The notes under the pieces are model-generated. The model saw only the letters and a list, made by a program, of their open reading frames with translations, searched no databases and was not told the origin of the DNA. From IMG/VR virus record IMGVR_UViG_3300024239_000015, positions 62,001 through 126,000 of that record: a stretch of DNA of 64,000 nt; one strand, written 5' to 3'. Positions within the stretch are counted from its first letter, which is position 1; every line of letters starts with the position of its first letter. A program made the position numbers and the translations under genes. Shown here piece after piece: positions 1 through 8,782 of this stretch.

Positions 1-87
1 TTCGTTTTCTAACTGATTTAAGATTAAAGCGGTTTGTACTAAACGCACAAACGCTTTGTGGTCTTGATTTCTTTGTTCTTTCGTCAT
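1..87 (-). CDS. Partial hypothetical protein (5' end only; runs off window)
   Basis: ATG at 87 with AGGAAGAG upstream; frame MTKEQRNQDHKAFVRLV... stays open to the window edge. Confidence 0.5.
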   Translation of the reverse strand, partial: MTKEQRNQDHKAFVRLVQTALILNQLENE

Positions 88-112
88 AGTACTCTTCCTT
101 CTTTCTTATCGT

Positions 113-619
113 TTAACGAATTTCAATCACCACCGGAAGATGGTCTCTTAAGAAATCCAACAGAACAGGTAAAGACGCACGATTGTCCTGCCAATTTGGA
201 TTGCTTGGTTTGATTAACAGTTTCTTCACAAACTCTAAAGGAACTCCCCATTGCAGCGCTAAGTCACTATACCGCAGTCTCGACTCTTTGTAGTACCTAC
301 GGATAAATAGGTAAAGATCCAGGTGGAGATTCAGATTGGTAGTCTTGATTTCCCCTGGAGTTTCACTTTCACCCACGAGTACACGAAACGGAGCTAACGT
401 CGCTGAGAAGTCTACGAGCGTTTGAATACAATACCGTGTTTGGTAATACACGCTACGGTCTAACGCTAAACCACGGAGGTTCGTGATCTCTTTCTCTTCA
501 GTGTCGAGTTTCCTTGCTCGCTCTGCGTTGTCTTTACATGTCATTAGGTGTGACATCACAAAGATGGCGAGCCTACGCCTGAACTGAGGTTTCGTCTCGT
601 ACTCAATTTCTACTAACAT
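113..619 (-). CDS. Hypothetical protein
   Basis: ORF 113..703; likely start MLVEIE at 619, just after the stop of the upstream ORF. Confidence 0.6.
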   Translation of the reverse strand: MLVEIEYETKPQFRRRLAIFVMSHLMTCKDNAERARKLDTEEKEITNLRGLALDRSVYYQTRYCIQTLVDFSATLAPFRVLVGESETPGEIKTTNLNLHLDLYLFIRRYYKESRLRYSDLALQWGVPLEFVKKLLIKPSNPNWQDNRASLPVLLDFLRDHLPVVIEIR

Positions 620-621
620 AC

Positions 622-1002
622 TTAATCCATTAACTTGATTACTAACACAGCCGCTCTGTGGGGGTTTGTCCAATGCCCGTCTTCGAACACTTCTAAGAAG
701 CACAATAGAAAACGACGACCATCTTTATACCGCACTTCTATTCTATCTTCTACTGGTATTTGAGTCGGGTAGTGGATGTTCAGCAGCACACGGCTAGAAG
801 AACTAACACAAAGAAGTCCTAAATAAGGTTCTTCGCCGTACGTACGTGTGATTTCAACTGAAGGAAACGCGATGGAGTCGCTGGTCAGTGAGGGTATCTG
901 ATCCAGTAACCAACTCGATACCTGGGACGGAATCCCGTGTTTTGTAACCACCGAAACTTCAAAGTTATCCGTCGAGAATACCTGATTTACAAAGTCTGTC
1001 AT
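622..1002 (-). CDS. Hypothetical protein
   Basis: 126-aa ORF, GGAG RBS, ATGA overlap with upstream ORF. Confidence 0.65.
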   Translation of the reverse strand: MTDFVNQVFSTDNFEVSVVTKHGIPSQVSSWLLDQIPSLTSDSIAFPSVEITRTYGEEPYLGLLCVSSSSRVLLNIHYPTQIPVEDRIEVRYKDGRRFLLCFLEVFEDGHWTNPHRAAVLVIKLMD

Positions 1003-1190
1003 GTTTTGTCTCCCAATGGAAGTGAGTTCCCTCTATTAGCTAACTTCCTGTACGTCTCTACCGCTAACGTCAGGTGTTTGTTTAACGCGTCGAACTTACG
1101 GTTTTTCCAGAGTTCATGTGCTTCAGAACCCGGAGCGATACACAGTTCCCCGTGTTGAGGGTGTTGGTAAGTGATAGTTGCTTTATTCAT
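999..1190 (-). CDS. Small hypothetical protein
   Basis: 63-aa ORF, GGAG RBS, tightly packed between neighbours. Confidence 0.6.
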   Translation of the reverse strand: MNKATITYQHPQHGELCIAPGSEAHELWKNRKFDALNKHLTLAVETYRKLANRGNSLPLGDKT

Positions 1191-1192
1191 CG

Positions 1193-1933
1193 CTACTCCG
1201 CTGGGATTAAGTCGATTGTGATTAACTTAAAGCTACCGTCTGCTGTTTGGATTCCACGTAAACCCATTTTCACCTCCCCTTTCTGTATACCTTCATACGC
1301 CGTCTGGGTGATTGGTTGTACGTGAGCTACATACGTGTGTGGATGTACGCGAGTAAGTTCTACTGTAGCCCCAACACGCTCAGGTTTAACTTCAAACGCA
1401 CGACGCTCCCATTCCTCGTCTGACATCTCAGGCGTGCGGATAGGGCGTCCGTATTCGGCGTGAAACGTTTTCTCTAAAGGAAATTCGTATTTCTCCAACT
1501 CCCGTGTAACGACATCTATCGGAATCCCCTTTGCTACAGCAAATCCGTTCAGATCACCTAACATTATCGTCGTGTACCCTTTTGGTAAGTAAGGGTCTAT
1601 CGCGACCGGTGTATCAAACATTTTGCTGCATTCCCATAACGCACGAGTGGCTTCTTTTACACCGTGTGTGTTTGCTAGGAATAGCAAAGTTGCTTCAGCG
1701 CCACCAGCGCGGATCGTAGTATCGGGGATAACCACACAGTAACCAATACCGTGATAGCATGCTCTGAGTATCGCGATAGGGTCGTGTTCTACAACAACGT
1801 CGATATGAAACCATTTCTGTGGTTTATGCCCTTCAGCGGTGGTTAAACACGCCCCTTTACGTAAGTTCGTCTGGGCGTACGTCGTGTCCGGCGGCGATTG
1901 AAATTTCCCGTACCACTTTAGTAAATGAAACAA
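1193..1933 (-). CDS. Protein with C-terminal degenerate prohead-protease-like domain
   Basis: FHAEYGRPIRTPEMSDEEWERR...MGLRGI...ITIDLI aligns by eye with LTGECGHPKRAPGMTYDDYMVR...FSIRSF...LTWDWV of the protease at 15861..16601. Confidence 0.55.
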   Translation of the reverse strand: MFHLLKWYGKFQSPPDTTYAQTNLRKGACLTTAEGHKPQKWFHIDVVVEHDPIAILRACYHGIGYCVVIPDTTIRAGGAEATLLFLANTHGVKEATRALWECSKMFDTPVAIDPYLPKGYTTIMLGDLNGFAVAKGIPIDVVTRELEKYEFPLEKTFHAEYGRPIRTPEMSDEEWERRAFEVKPERVGATVELTRVHPHTYVAHVQPITQTAYEGIQKGEVKMGLRGIQTADGSFKLITIDLIPAE

Positions 1934-2406
1934 ACCCGCAGTGGTTTCGAATGGAACGTGAAATTTCTGCTTTCCCTTGAACGCATCGATGACAAGGTAG
2001 CAGTTAAACCATCGCGTTTACAAACTTCCCGCATCCGTCGCATCAGGTCACGTAAGTTACAGTCACACCCACCCATCACGTAGATAGTTCTACGCGCATA
2101 ACACGTGCGACACATCCGTGAGACTTCATACGCTAACTGATTCAGCTCCATATCAGTATACCGCCACAATTTTAACCGTGTGGTGTTTCTCCCAAGCTCC
2201 CCTCCTTTACGCGCCACACACATCGCAGGCATATACGTGAGAGCGTTCTGTAAACGCTGTTCCTGTACACGTCTCCATGGATTTGGAAACAGTAAACGAT
2301 GCGAGCAGCGTAGAAAATTAACCAGCAGAAAAACTGCACTTCCGAGTTCTTTACACACGCCCCACCATAGTTTTGCTTCCGTTTGTAACGTAGATGATAG
2401 CGTCAT
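1918..2406 (-). CDS. Hypothetical protein (Cys-rich, basic)
   Basis: 162-aa ORF with AGGAG RBS; CxxC and CxC motifs. Confidence 0.55.
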   Translation of the reverse strand: MTLSSTLQTEAKLWWGVCKELGSAVFLLVNFLRCSHRLLFPNPWRRVQEQRLQNALTYMPAMCVARKGGELGRNTTRLKLWRYTDMELNQLAYEVSRMCRTCYARRTIYVMGGCDCNLRDLMRRMREVCKRDGLTATLSSMRSRESRNFTFHSKPLRVCFIY

Positions 2407-2494
2407 TTCGAGTACTCCTTCGCACTATTCCGCAACATTTTAATTAAAGGCAGCATACAAACCTCCATCTAAACTTCCGCGAACTGTTGAAACA

Positions 2495-3067
2495 CTAACA
2501 TTTTTGTTGCTCCATTAAAAAGACCTCGAAGAATTCTAAGTCTTGTTTTTGTAAACGACATCGAACTTCAATATCTGCGGGATCTATAGGGTTTGGTCGT
2601 CGGGACTCATCAAACCCAAACATTTGTTTGTGGGAGGTGTGCGTCTTCCCAGTGAGGTATGTGAAGCTGTCGTAGTATTTTTCGCCAACACTAAAATAAA
2701 CGTGTGCTCCGTTGTCCCACCACTCCACTGGGAGCCCGCGGCGCCTGAGTACTTCCCCCACACTTAGCGCAAAGAGACCACAGTCACCACAATTCAAATA
2801 CCCATGCAAAGCAGCTTCAGTGAGGCTTACTTGCGCCCAGTTTAACCACGCTGGTGGTTTGAAATGCTCGTCGGCAACATCTTCGATGACCGCGCGATAC
2901 ATCACCCCATACCAAGCTAGAAAGCTTTCTGCGACTCTACGAAAGTAAAGCGCTTCATTTTGCAAGGTTGTTAGACGATCGATTAAACTGCCAAGTTCCC
3001 CGTTGTTTAAGTGAGTAAAACTTTCTGTACAAATACAGAACTTAAGACAAGATGATGTACACGCCAT
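2495..3067 (-). CDS. Putative transglutaminase/papain-like fold protein
   Basis: NCGDCGLFA...AHVYF...YYD Cys-His-Asp pattern; start moved to ATG 3067 (AAGGA RBS) because 3088 lies in a terminator. Confidence 0.45.
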   Translation of the reverse strand: MACTSSCLKFCICTESFTHLNNGELGSLIDRLTTLQNEALYFRRVAESFLAWYGVMYRAVIEDVADEHFKPPAWLNWAQVSLTEAALHGYLNCGDCGLFALSVGEVLRRRGLPVEWWDNGAHVYFSVGEKYYDSFTYLTGKTHTSHKQMFGFDESRRPNPIDPADIEVRCRLQKQDLEFFEVFLMEQQKC

Positions 3068-3086
3068 GTGATATTCCTTCGATGTC

Positions 3087-3117
3087 AAAAAAGAGGGAGT
3101 TTCGACTCCCTCTTTTT
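3087..3117. terminator. Bidirectional intrinsic terminator
   Basis: AAAAAAGAGGGAGT-TTCG-ACTCCCTCTTTTT. Confidence 0.85.
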
Positions 3118-3172
3118 ATTATTTTTAATTGGGGGTAAACTCTCCCCTCTCAGTGCTAACGGTTTGTTTCGA

Positions 3173-3496
3173 TCAGCCGAACGATTTTCGTGCGTCCGTT
3201 TCGTTATCAAACCAACGACACCCCCAGTACGAACAATCAACTGGGTTGAAATAGTTGATAAACCCGTCTTCGTGTTTCTTACTTACGGCATAGGCCAGAC
3301 ACGCTTCACGGAAGGTACGTCCTTCAGAAGTCCCCACCAGACTCGCTCCAGCGGACTGCCCGGTACATGCGTACCCTTCTACCCAAATCTCGTAGGTTTT
3401 TGATGGCATGTTATCGGACAATGTACTACGTTCCAATTCCAATGCATCTTCAACACCGCGATGTCTTTCTTTTAGTCGTCCCACTTTCTGGTTCAT
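3173..3496 (-). CDS. Conserved phage hypothetical protein
   Basis: IWVEGYACTG...YWGCRWFDNETDARKSFG resembles a small family seen in many tailed phages; GGAG RBS. Confidence 0.6.
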   Translation of the reverse strand: MNQKVGRLKERHRGVEDALELERSTLSDNMPSKTYEIWVEGYACTGQSAGASLVGTSEGRTFREACLAYAVSKKHEDGFINYFNPVDCSYWGCRWFDNETDARKSFG

Positions 3497-3525
3497 CCGA
3501 ACACTCCATTCGGTTTAGTGTTTAA

Positions 3526-4992
3526 TTACTCCGGTGAGAAACCCACACGAACCTTTTTCATTCTTCCTTCGAAGATTTCTGCTAAAGTACCAGCAGTCGC
3601 ACAGGACTCTGGTAACTCGTAATGGTTCACAACGCGTGTTGCCTCATGTGAGGTCAGCTCGCGGGTTTCTACCGCTTTGTAACAACGACCAGGACGTATC
3701 AGTGCTTGGTCTATTTTGTTACGCGTGGATAAGTTTGTGGTGATCACCAATTTGATCTTTTTAGAAGCGATACCCTGTAACTCGTTTAACAACATCGACA
3801 TCAGCTCATTACCGTCCTGCCCTTCTCTAGGCGCAAGTAACGTATCTACGTCTTCGAAGATCACCAACGTGTTATCTGGAATCGACATAAAGTACGCGGG
3901 AAACATTGCGTTACGTAAATGGTGCGTACCACCGATTTGTAACAGACGGTAACCTTTGCTGTCACCCGCGCGACAGATCTGTGCTAATAACGAACTCTTC
4001 CCAGTCCCGTAAGGACCTAACAGTAAGGTCATGTTTGCGTTAGACTGGAAGAAGCCCTCTATGTAAGCATCCACTCCACCGTCTAAGTAAGGGTAGTTGA
4101 CGTCGTGTGGTATGTTCTTTCCAGGAACAATCTCACGCGTGGTTACAGTACCCTTACCGTTACAGTCGATGTTCGTTAACAACGACAGCTTCACGGGCTG
4201 TTCAACTTCCCACTTCTTAAACCACTCGAGCTCTTGTAAGATCTTCGGCTGGTCCTTGCGTTCGAAGTAAGCCGCATACACAAACTTCGTCCCGTTAACG
4301 TTCACACGGATCGCAGACGTTAAGATTTCGTTGTCGCCATGAATGCGTTTGCGGTATGCGTTAAAACCAGGCAAGTCTTTATCGAACGAGTACTCGATCA
4401 CGTACTCTAAACTTTCGAGGTATTGTGCTATTTCCTCTACCGTCTCTAGGGTAAATTCTTGGCAGGCAAAACGTCTTTCCAAAAACCCCGTAGAAATACC
4501 ATTCGCCAAATGGTGTTCTACGATTCGAAGTACTCCAGTGATAGCACGTAGTGACATGATATCGGAGAACGTAGTGATTTGTAAGCGAGTGTGTGTCATT
4601 TCTGAAAAATCTCCGTTGAGATACGCTGTGAAAAAGAACCAAGGGTTGGTGAAACCCACATCGGCCATGTGTGATGTAGCCGCCGGTCTACTTTTGTCAA
4701 CTGTTTTAAGGTGCAGTGCAGTCGAGATACCAACGACAGGCGTTCCGGGTATAACTAAGAACGCTTTGCAGGTTAGGTCGATCCCTCCCAGTCTATTAAA
4801 ATCGAAATGATCAAAGTTGACGGGGACGGAGGGTAGACTTGAGACAGACCGCCTCAACGGAAGATTTTCTTTCGCGATCGGTTCTAATAAATCGGTCCAC
4901 TCGGCGTCGTAGCTTGCGAATTCCCAATTCGGCATCATGGGTCTTTCGATAGTTCTTCGTAGGGATTTCCACCCTGAAGGGTCCATATGCAT
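3526..4992 (-). CDS. AAA+ ATPase (classical clade), paralogue 1
   Basis: Walker A GPYGTGKS, Walker B VIFEDVD, sensor-1 TTN, SRH DQALIRPGR. Confidence 0.85.
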   Translation of the reverse strand: MHMDPSGWKSLRRTIERPMMPNWEFASYDAEWTDLLEPIAKENLPLRRSVSSLPSVPVNFDHFDFNRLGGIDLTCKAFLVIPGTPVVGISTALHLKTVDKSRPAATSHMADVGFTNPWFFFTAYLNGDFSEMTHTRLQITTFSDIMSLRAITGVLRIVEHHLANGISTGFLERRFACQEFTLETVEEIAQYLESLEYVIEYSFDKDLPGFNAYRKRIHGDNEILTSAIRVNVNGTKFVYAAYFERKDQPKILQELEWFKKWEVEQPVKLSLLTNIDCNGKGTVTTREIVPGKNIPHDVNYPYLDGGVDAYIEGFFQSNANMTLLLGPYGTGKSSLLAQICRAGDSKGYRLLQIGGTHHLRNAMFPAYFMSIPDNTLVIFEDVDTLLAPREGQDGNELMSMLLNELQGIASKKIKLVITTNLSTRNKIDQALIRPGRCYKAVETRELTSHEATRVVNHYELPESCATAGTLAEIFEGRMKKVRVGFSPE

Positions 4993-5005
4993 CTCCTCTA
5001 AATCG

Positions 5006-5029
5006 ACAGGGGAGGAAACCCTCCCCTGT
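5006..5029. terminator. Intergenic hairpin between the ATPase paralogues
   Basis: ACAGGGGAGG-AAAC-CCTCCCCTGT; no U-tract. Confidence 0.5.
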
Positions 5030-5037
5030 AGTTCTAA

Positions 5038-6414
5038 CTACACACGAAAGCCAGGGCCCGCGGTCAGCTCTGCAGCGTTTGGACCATCTAAAACATCCGC
5101 TAAACTTACGTTATCCCGAATGCGGTCTTCCGGTAAGTTTAACTCCGCAACAATCACCGCAGCTTGATCGCGCGTTAGGTGTTTGAATTGTTTCAATGCG
5201 TAACAACGACCCGGACGGAACAATGCCGGCTCTATCATTTTCGTGTTTTCTAAGTTCGTGGTGATTACAAACTTAACGTCGCGTACAGTCACTCCAGACA
5301 ACTCATTCAGTAACGTTGAGATGCTGGTGTTCCCTTCTTCACGTTTACCGATTAAGGTGTCAGCTTCTTCGATTAAGACTAGTGAGTTTTCTGGTATCTT
5401 CGTCAGATATGCATCAAACGCTGGGTGCGTCAACACTTTCTCACCGCAGAATTGGTAGATTTTCCGTTCGCCCGCACTACGACATAAGTGCCGCAACAAC
5501 GTAGACTTGCCTGTACCTGGAGGGCCGATCAGCAACAACAAGTTGTTTTTGTCGTCTAAGAACGATTCGGTAACGCCATCCAAACCGCCTTCCAGATATG
5601 GATAGAACATATCTTTCGGCGGATTGAAGTTTTCGTCCACGACACGAATTGTGATATCCGCTTCACCGTTTGGTGTAAACCCTACTACGTAATTTATCGT
5701 TGTTGGAGGAGTCGATTTGTATTGTTCCAAAAATGCGATGATCTTCGACTCTTTTACGTCGTGTCCGTCTGCAACGTAGCTCGCGTATCTGAGTTTTTCA
5801 GAACTCACCGAAATGTGAATTGCGGCAACCATGAACTTGTGACCTAGGTCGAGTTCTGTGATATAGAATGCATTGATTGCAAAGGAGTCGGCACCGGAAT
5901 CACGGCTTTCTACCAAGTAACCTAACTCTTTTAAGAACACCACCGTGGATTTAAGTGCTCCGCGGTTGTATCCTTTTTGTAGGTAATCAAAGTCGGTAAA
6001 CGCTGTGGATACGTTATTCGCGAAGTGATGTTCGTTGATACGTAACACACCCGTCATGGCACGTAAAGCGATAAGTTCTTCGGCGGTACGTACGAAGGCT
6101 AAGTTTTGAATAGTTTGCATGAGCTCTCCTAAGAGGTTTAAGTAATGAAATTTAAGTATATCCTCGTAGTCCGAGTTGGTGGGATCTACGAGAGTCGGTC
6201 GTGTTAAAATGATTTGGATGTCGTTACTGTGGCTGAACCTACACGCGGTATAGAGTGTTTCTACGTCGTATCGAGAGTATAACTCGATGTCTTCGCAAAA
6301 CACCGTTCCTGTGACCGCTTGGAGTAACCACCGCCACTGTTTGAAATCTCCCAGAGGGATGGTACGGTCGTAAACGATCTCCGGTATCAGCGGGTCGGCG
6401 TCCTCAGCGATCAT
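5038..6414 (-). CDS. AAA+ ATPase (classical clade), paralogue 2
   Basis: Walker A GPPGTGKS, Walker B VLIEEAD, TTN, EPALFRPGR; likely start MIAEDAD at 6414 (ATGA overlap). Confidence 0.85.
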   Translation of the reverse strand: MIAEDADPLIPEIVYDRTIPLGDFKQWRWLLQAVTGTVFCEDIELYSRYDVETLYTACRFSHSNDIQIILTRPTLVDPTNSDYEDILKFHYLNLLGELMQTIQNLAFVRTAEELIALRAMTGVLRINEHHFANNVSTAFTDFDYLQKGYNRGALKSTVVFLKELGYLVESRDSGADSFAINAFYITELDLGHKFMVAAIHISVSSEKLRYASYVADGHDVKESKIIAFLEQYKSTPPTTINYVVGFTPNGEADITIRVVDENFNPPKDMFYPYLEGGLDGVTESFLDDKNNLLLLIGPPGTGKSTLLRHLCRSAGERKIYQFCGEKVLTHPAFDAYLTKIPENSLVLIEEADTLIGKREEGNTSISTLLNELSGVTVRDVKFVITTNLENTKMIEPALFRPGRCYALKQFKHLTRDQAAVIVAELNLPEDRIRDNVSLADVLDGPNAAELTAGPGFRV

Positions 6415-6842
6415 AAATCCCCCAGAATAATCGCTAGTTCCAAAGAGCGTTTGGTTGACTTCTGAGTGTTCGTAACGTATTCGAAGACCTGCTTGTCGTG
6501 GGGGGTGTTGAACGACTGTCTGTGGTTGTACCCCAAGTACAACGACGTACGATCTAGCACCGCAGGCGAGCAATACAACATCGTTGATCTGCGGTCTGGT
6601 ATGTACGCCAGAGGCTGTAGAAACGGAATCGTATCGGCAAACATTCCTGAGTAAGAGGGGTGCGCAACCGAAAACGGATGGTCTCCTACCTCACTATTCG
6701 CGTGTAGGTCTACAGAGAACATAGGAGCCACACAGAACAAGTCGGGTTGGACTGGGAGTTGTACTCCTTCTTTCAGTTGGGCAATCGTGCACACAGGACG
6801 TTCGTGCTCAAAGACCCACGCATGCACTGTTTTTATTTTCAT
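6411..6842 (-). CDS. Hypothetical protein, paralogue of 6839..7288
   Basis: Start MKIKTV at 6842 (GGAGGGAG RBS, ATGA overlap); VQPDLFCVAPMFSVD motif. Confidence 0.65.
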   Translation of the reverse strand: MKIKTVHAWVFEHERPVCTIAQLKEGVQLPVQPDLFCVAPMFSVDLHANSEVGDHPFSVAHPSYSGMFADTIPFLQPLAYIPDRRSTMLYCSPAVLDRTSLYLGYNHRQSFNTPHDKQVFEYVTNTQKSTKRSLELAIILGDL

Positions 6843-7288
6843 AACTCCCTCCAAAGGGCTAATGCATTTAAAAGCCCAATGAGCGCCACTGTGGTGTCGA
6901 ATTCCAACCCATGCGGGTGGTCTACCACCAACGGGATAAACCCACCAGCTCTCGTCCACTCCCCACGGAGTTGTATGTACAAGTCTATGGGTTTAGGAGG
7001 GTGTACGTACGCAGTAGCACCAGACAACACTCCGTCTCTCCACGCGATGTGTTGTTGGAATAAAGACCTCCCTACTAGCATTGCAGGTTGGGTGTAGAAA
7101 ATACATTCGCTGTACTCGTCATACGCGGTGTTGTGTAGGTTAGGGTCTACGCACAGTAGCGGTGCGACAGAAAAGAGTGTGGGTTGTACCACACTCTGTC
7201 TGTTTGCTAAGTGTAAGACCACGTGATGGAACGGCTGTTCTTCCCCTCGCCGGTACTCGATGTGAGGCATAGCAAACATACAAGTCAC
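6839..7288 (-). CDS. Hypothetical protein, paralogue of 6411..6842
   Basis: GGAGG RBS; VQPTLFSVAPLLCVD motif. Confidence 0.65.
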   Translation of the reverse strand: MTCMFAMPHIEYRRGEEQPFHHVVLHLANRQSVVQPTLFSVAPLLCVDPNLHNTAYDEYSECIFYTQPAMLVGRSLFQQHIAWRDGVLSGATAYVHPPKPIDLYIQLRGEWTRAGGFIPLVVDHPHGLEFDTTVALIGLLNALALWREL

Positions 7289-7300
7289 TTTCTGGCCTCC

Positions 7301-8452
7301 TTACATTTTGTTCAATTGCAATAGCATCCGTTTTTGCTCTTCTGTTAAGTTTGACATCAGCTGGGAAATACTCAGGATCTGTCTAAACTCTGCTTCTGTG
7401 CTGCTTTGTTTAGTGACGTTGATGGAGTGACTACACACCACCGTATTGTCACGAGTATACCCTTTATTGGAGTCTAACCGTTCAATTGACAAGTAGTTCT
7501 CTGGAATACGACGTAAGCGAATGTCCTCTTCTGAAAACTGTGTCACTAAAGGTTGGCGTGTGTAGTAACACACATGACTACGCATCAGTGTGGTAAAGTC
7601 ATCAATCGTTAACGCAAACTCTAACTCACGACGCATCGCGTTACGCGCTTTGTTTAAGTAACGCTGTGCAACCATCATCGAGAACCTGACTTGTTCACTA
7701 CGTTCTTTATTCAACAGGTGTTGGAATTCGAGCTCATCCCGTAACTCATCGGAAAGCACCGTCGTGTCTTCTTCCACCACGTCTTGTTCTTCTACCGCGG
7801 ACGTCTGTTGCTCTTGGGCGATAGAAGGATTCACTTTCACCAACTCTTCTATTTTCTTACTGCCTAGTTTTTCTAACTGTAACGCCAAGCCACTCTTTGG
7901 CGCTTGACCAAACGTAGTTGACTCCCCGTGGAACTTTGTGGTGTCAGCCACTCTGTTTTCCTGCAAAGACGCTTTGTACTCGCTCATGTACCTCGCGATC
8001 AAATGCCATTCTCTGGAAGCCATCCGTTCGATGGGTACTGTATTCCACTTCCACATCACCGTCAAGCGAGTTCCCATTCCAGGCATGTTTTCCTGAGCGT
8101 AGGTTTGTGCTTCCTGGATGTAACTCGGAACCCAATGAATCAGCTGTAAATCAGTCATTGCTTCTTTCAGCTGACGGACGCTGTGGGCTGACATAAAGAA
8201 ATTATCGCTTTGTTTGTCGATAGCGATTTTGATGTGGTCGCGCCCAGCACGGATGAATTGTTCCAAGTCGCGACGTAGAAACGCACCCTCATTCAACGCA
8301 ATGGACGCTTGATGGTAACAGTCTTCTAATTCGACGATGGGTGTGAGTAGCCGCGCGTCTAACGCGCTAGTCATGTATTTCGCAAAGTCTTCTGTAGCAA
8401 ACATTTCGTGACTACGTAGTTCTACCTGAATCTTTTCTGCCAGGGTGGTCAT
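7301..8452 (-). CDS. Protein with C-terminal HNH-like (beta-beta-alpha-Me) nuclease domain
   Basis: CYYTRQPL...LSIERLDSNKGYTRDNTVVCSHSINVTK resembles the phage SIDRIDxxKGY...N nuclease signature. Confidence 0.6.
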   Translation of the reverse strand: MTTLAEKIQVELRSHEMFATEDFAKYMTSALDARLLTPIVELEDCYHQASIALNEGAFLRRDLEQFIRAGRDHIKIAIDKQSDNFFMSAHSVRQLKEAMTDLQLIHWVPSYIQEAQTYAQENMPGMGTRLTVMWKWNTVPIERMASREWHLIARYMSEYKASLQENRVADTTKFHGESTTFGQAPKSGLALQLEKLGSKKIEELVKVNPSIAQEQQTSAVEEQDVVEEDTTVLSDELRDELEFQHLLNKERSEQVRFSMMVAQRYLNKARNAMRRELEFALTIDDFTTLMRSHVCYYTRQPLVTQFSEEDIRLRRIPENYLSIERLDSNKGYTRDNTVVCSHSINVTKQSSTEAEFRQILSISQLMSNLTEEQKRMLLQLNKM

Positions 8453-8763
8453 TAGAGTACTCCTTGAATTTGTTTATTGATTTCGAACGTATTTGAATCG
8501 ACTGTGTAAGTCGTTTTGGGCTCTGACACCAAAGGCATCCAGTGGGCTGAGAAACTCCCCGTGGTGTAGCTACGCATTCCTCTACTGCCGGGACGATACA
8601 TAACGGTGAGTTTACCAGGACCAAACGAAGTGTGGAGTGGATGTTCTACCACCGTTAAGTGATCGGTTTCTGACGTGAAGGTTTGATCTACAAACACTTC
8701 GACAGTTTGTACGTCACCGTTCTGGCGCTGTGTCAATAAAAAGCTTTTGTAGTTTAATTGCAT
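8452..8763 (-). CDS. Hypothetical protein
   Basis: 103-aa ORF, AAGGA RBS, stop overlaps next start. Confidence 0.6.
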   Translation of the reverse strand: MQLNYKSFLLTQRQNGDVQTVEVFVDQTFTSETDHLTVVEHPLHTSFGPGKLTVMYRPGSRGMRSYTTGSFSAHWMPLVSEPKTTYTVDSNTFEINKQIQGVL

Positions 8764-8782
8764 TTTTAAAATTCCTTTCTGG

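Noticed and set aside
6415-6573. Extended N-terminus of ATPase 2 given by the ORF track
   Set aside because: Overlaps the upstream gene by ~160 nt; the ATGA-coupled start at 6414 is more plausible
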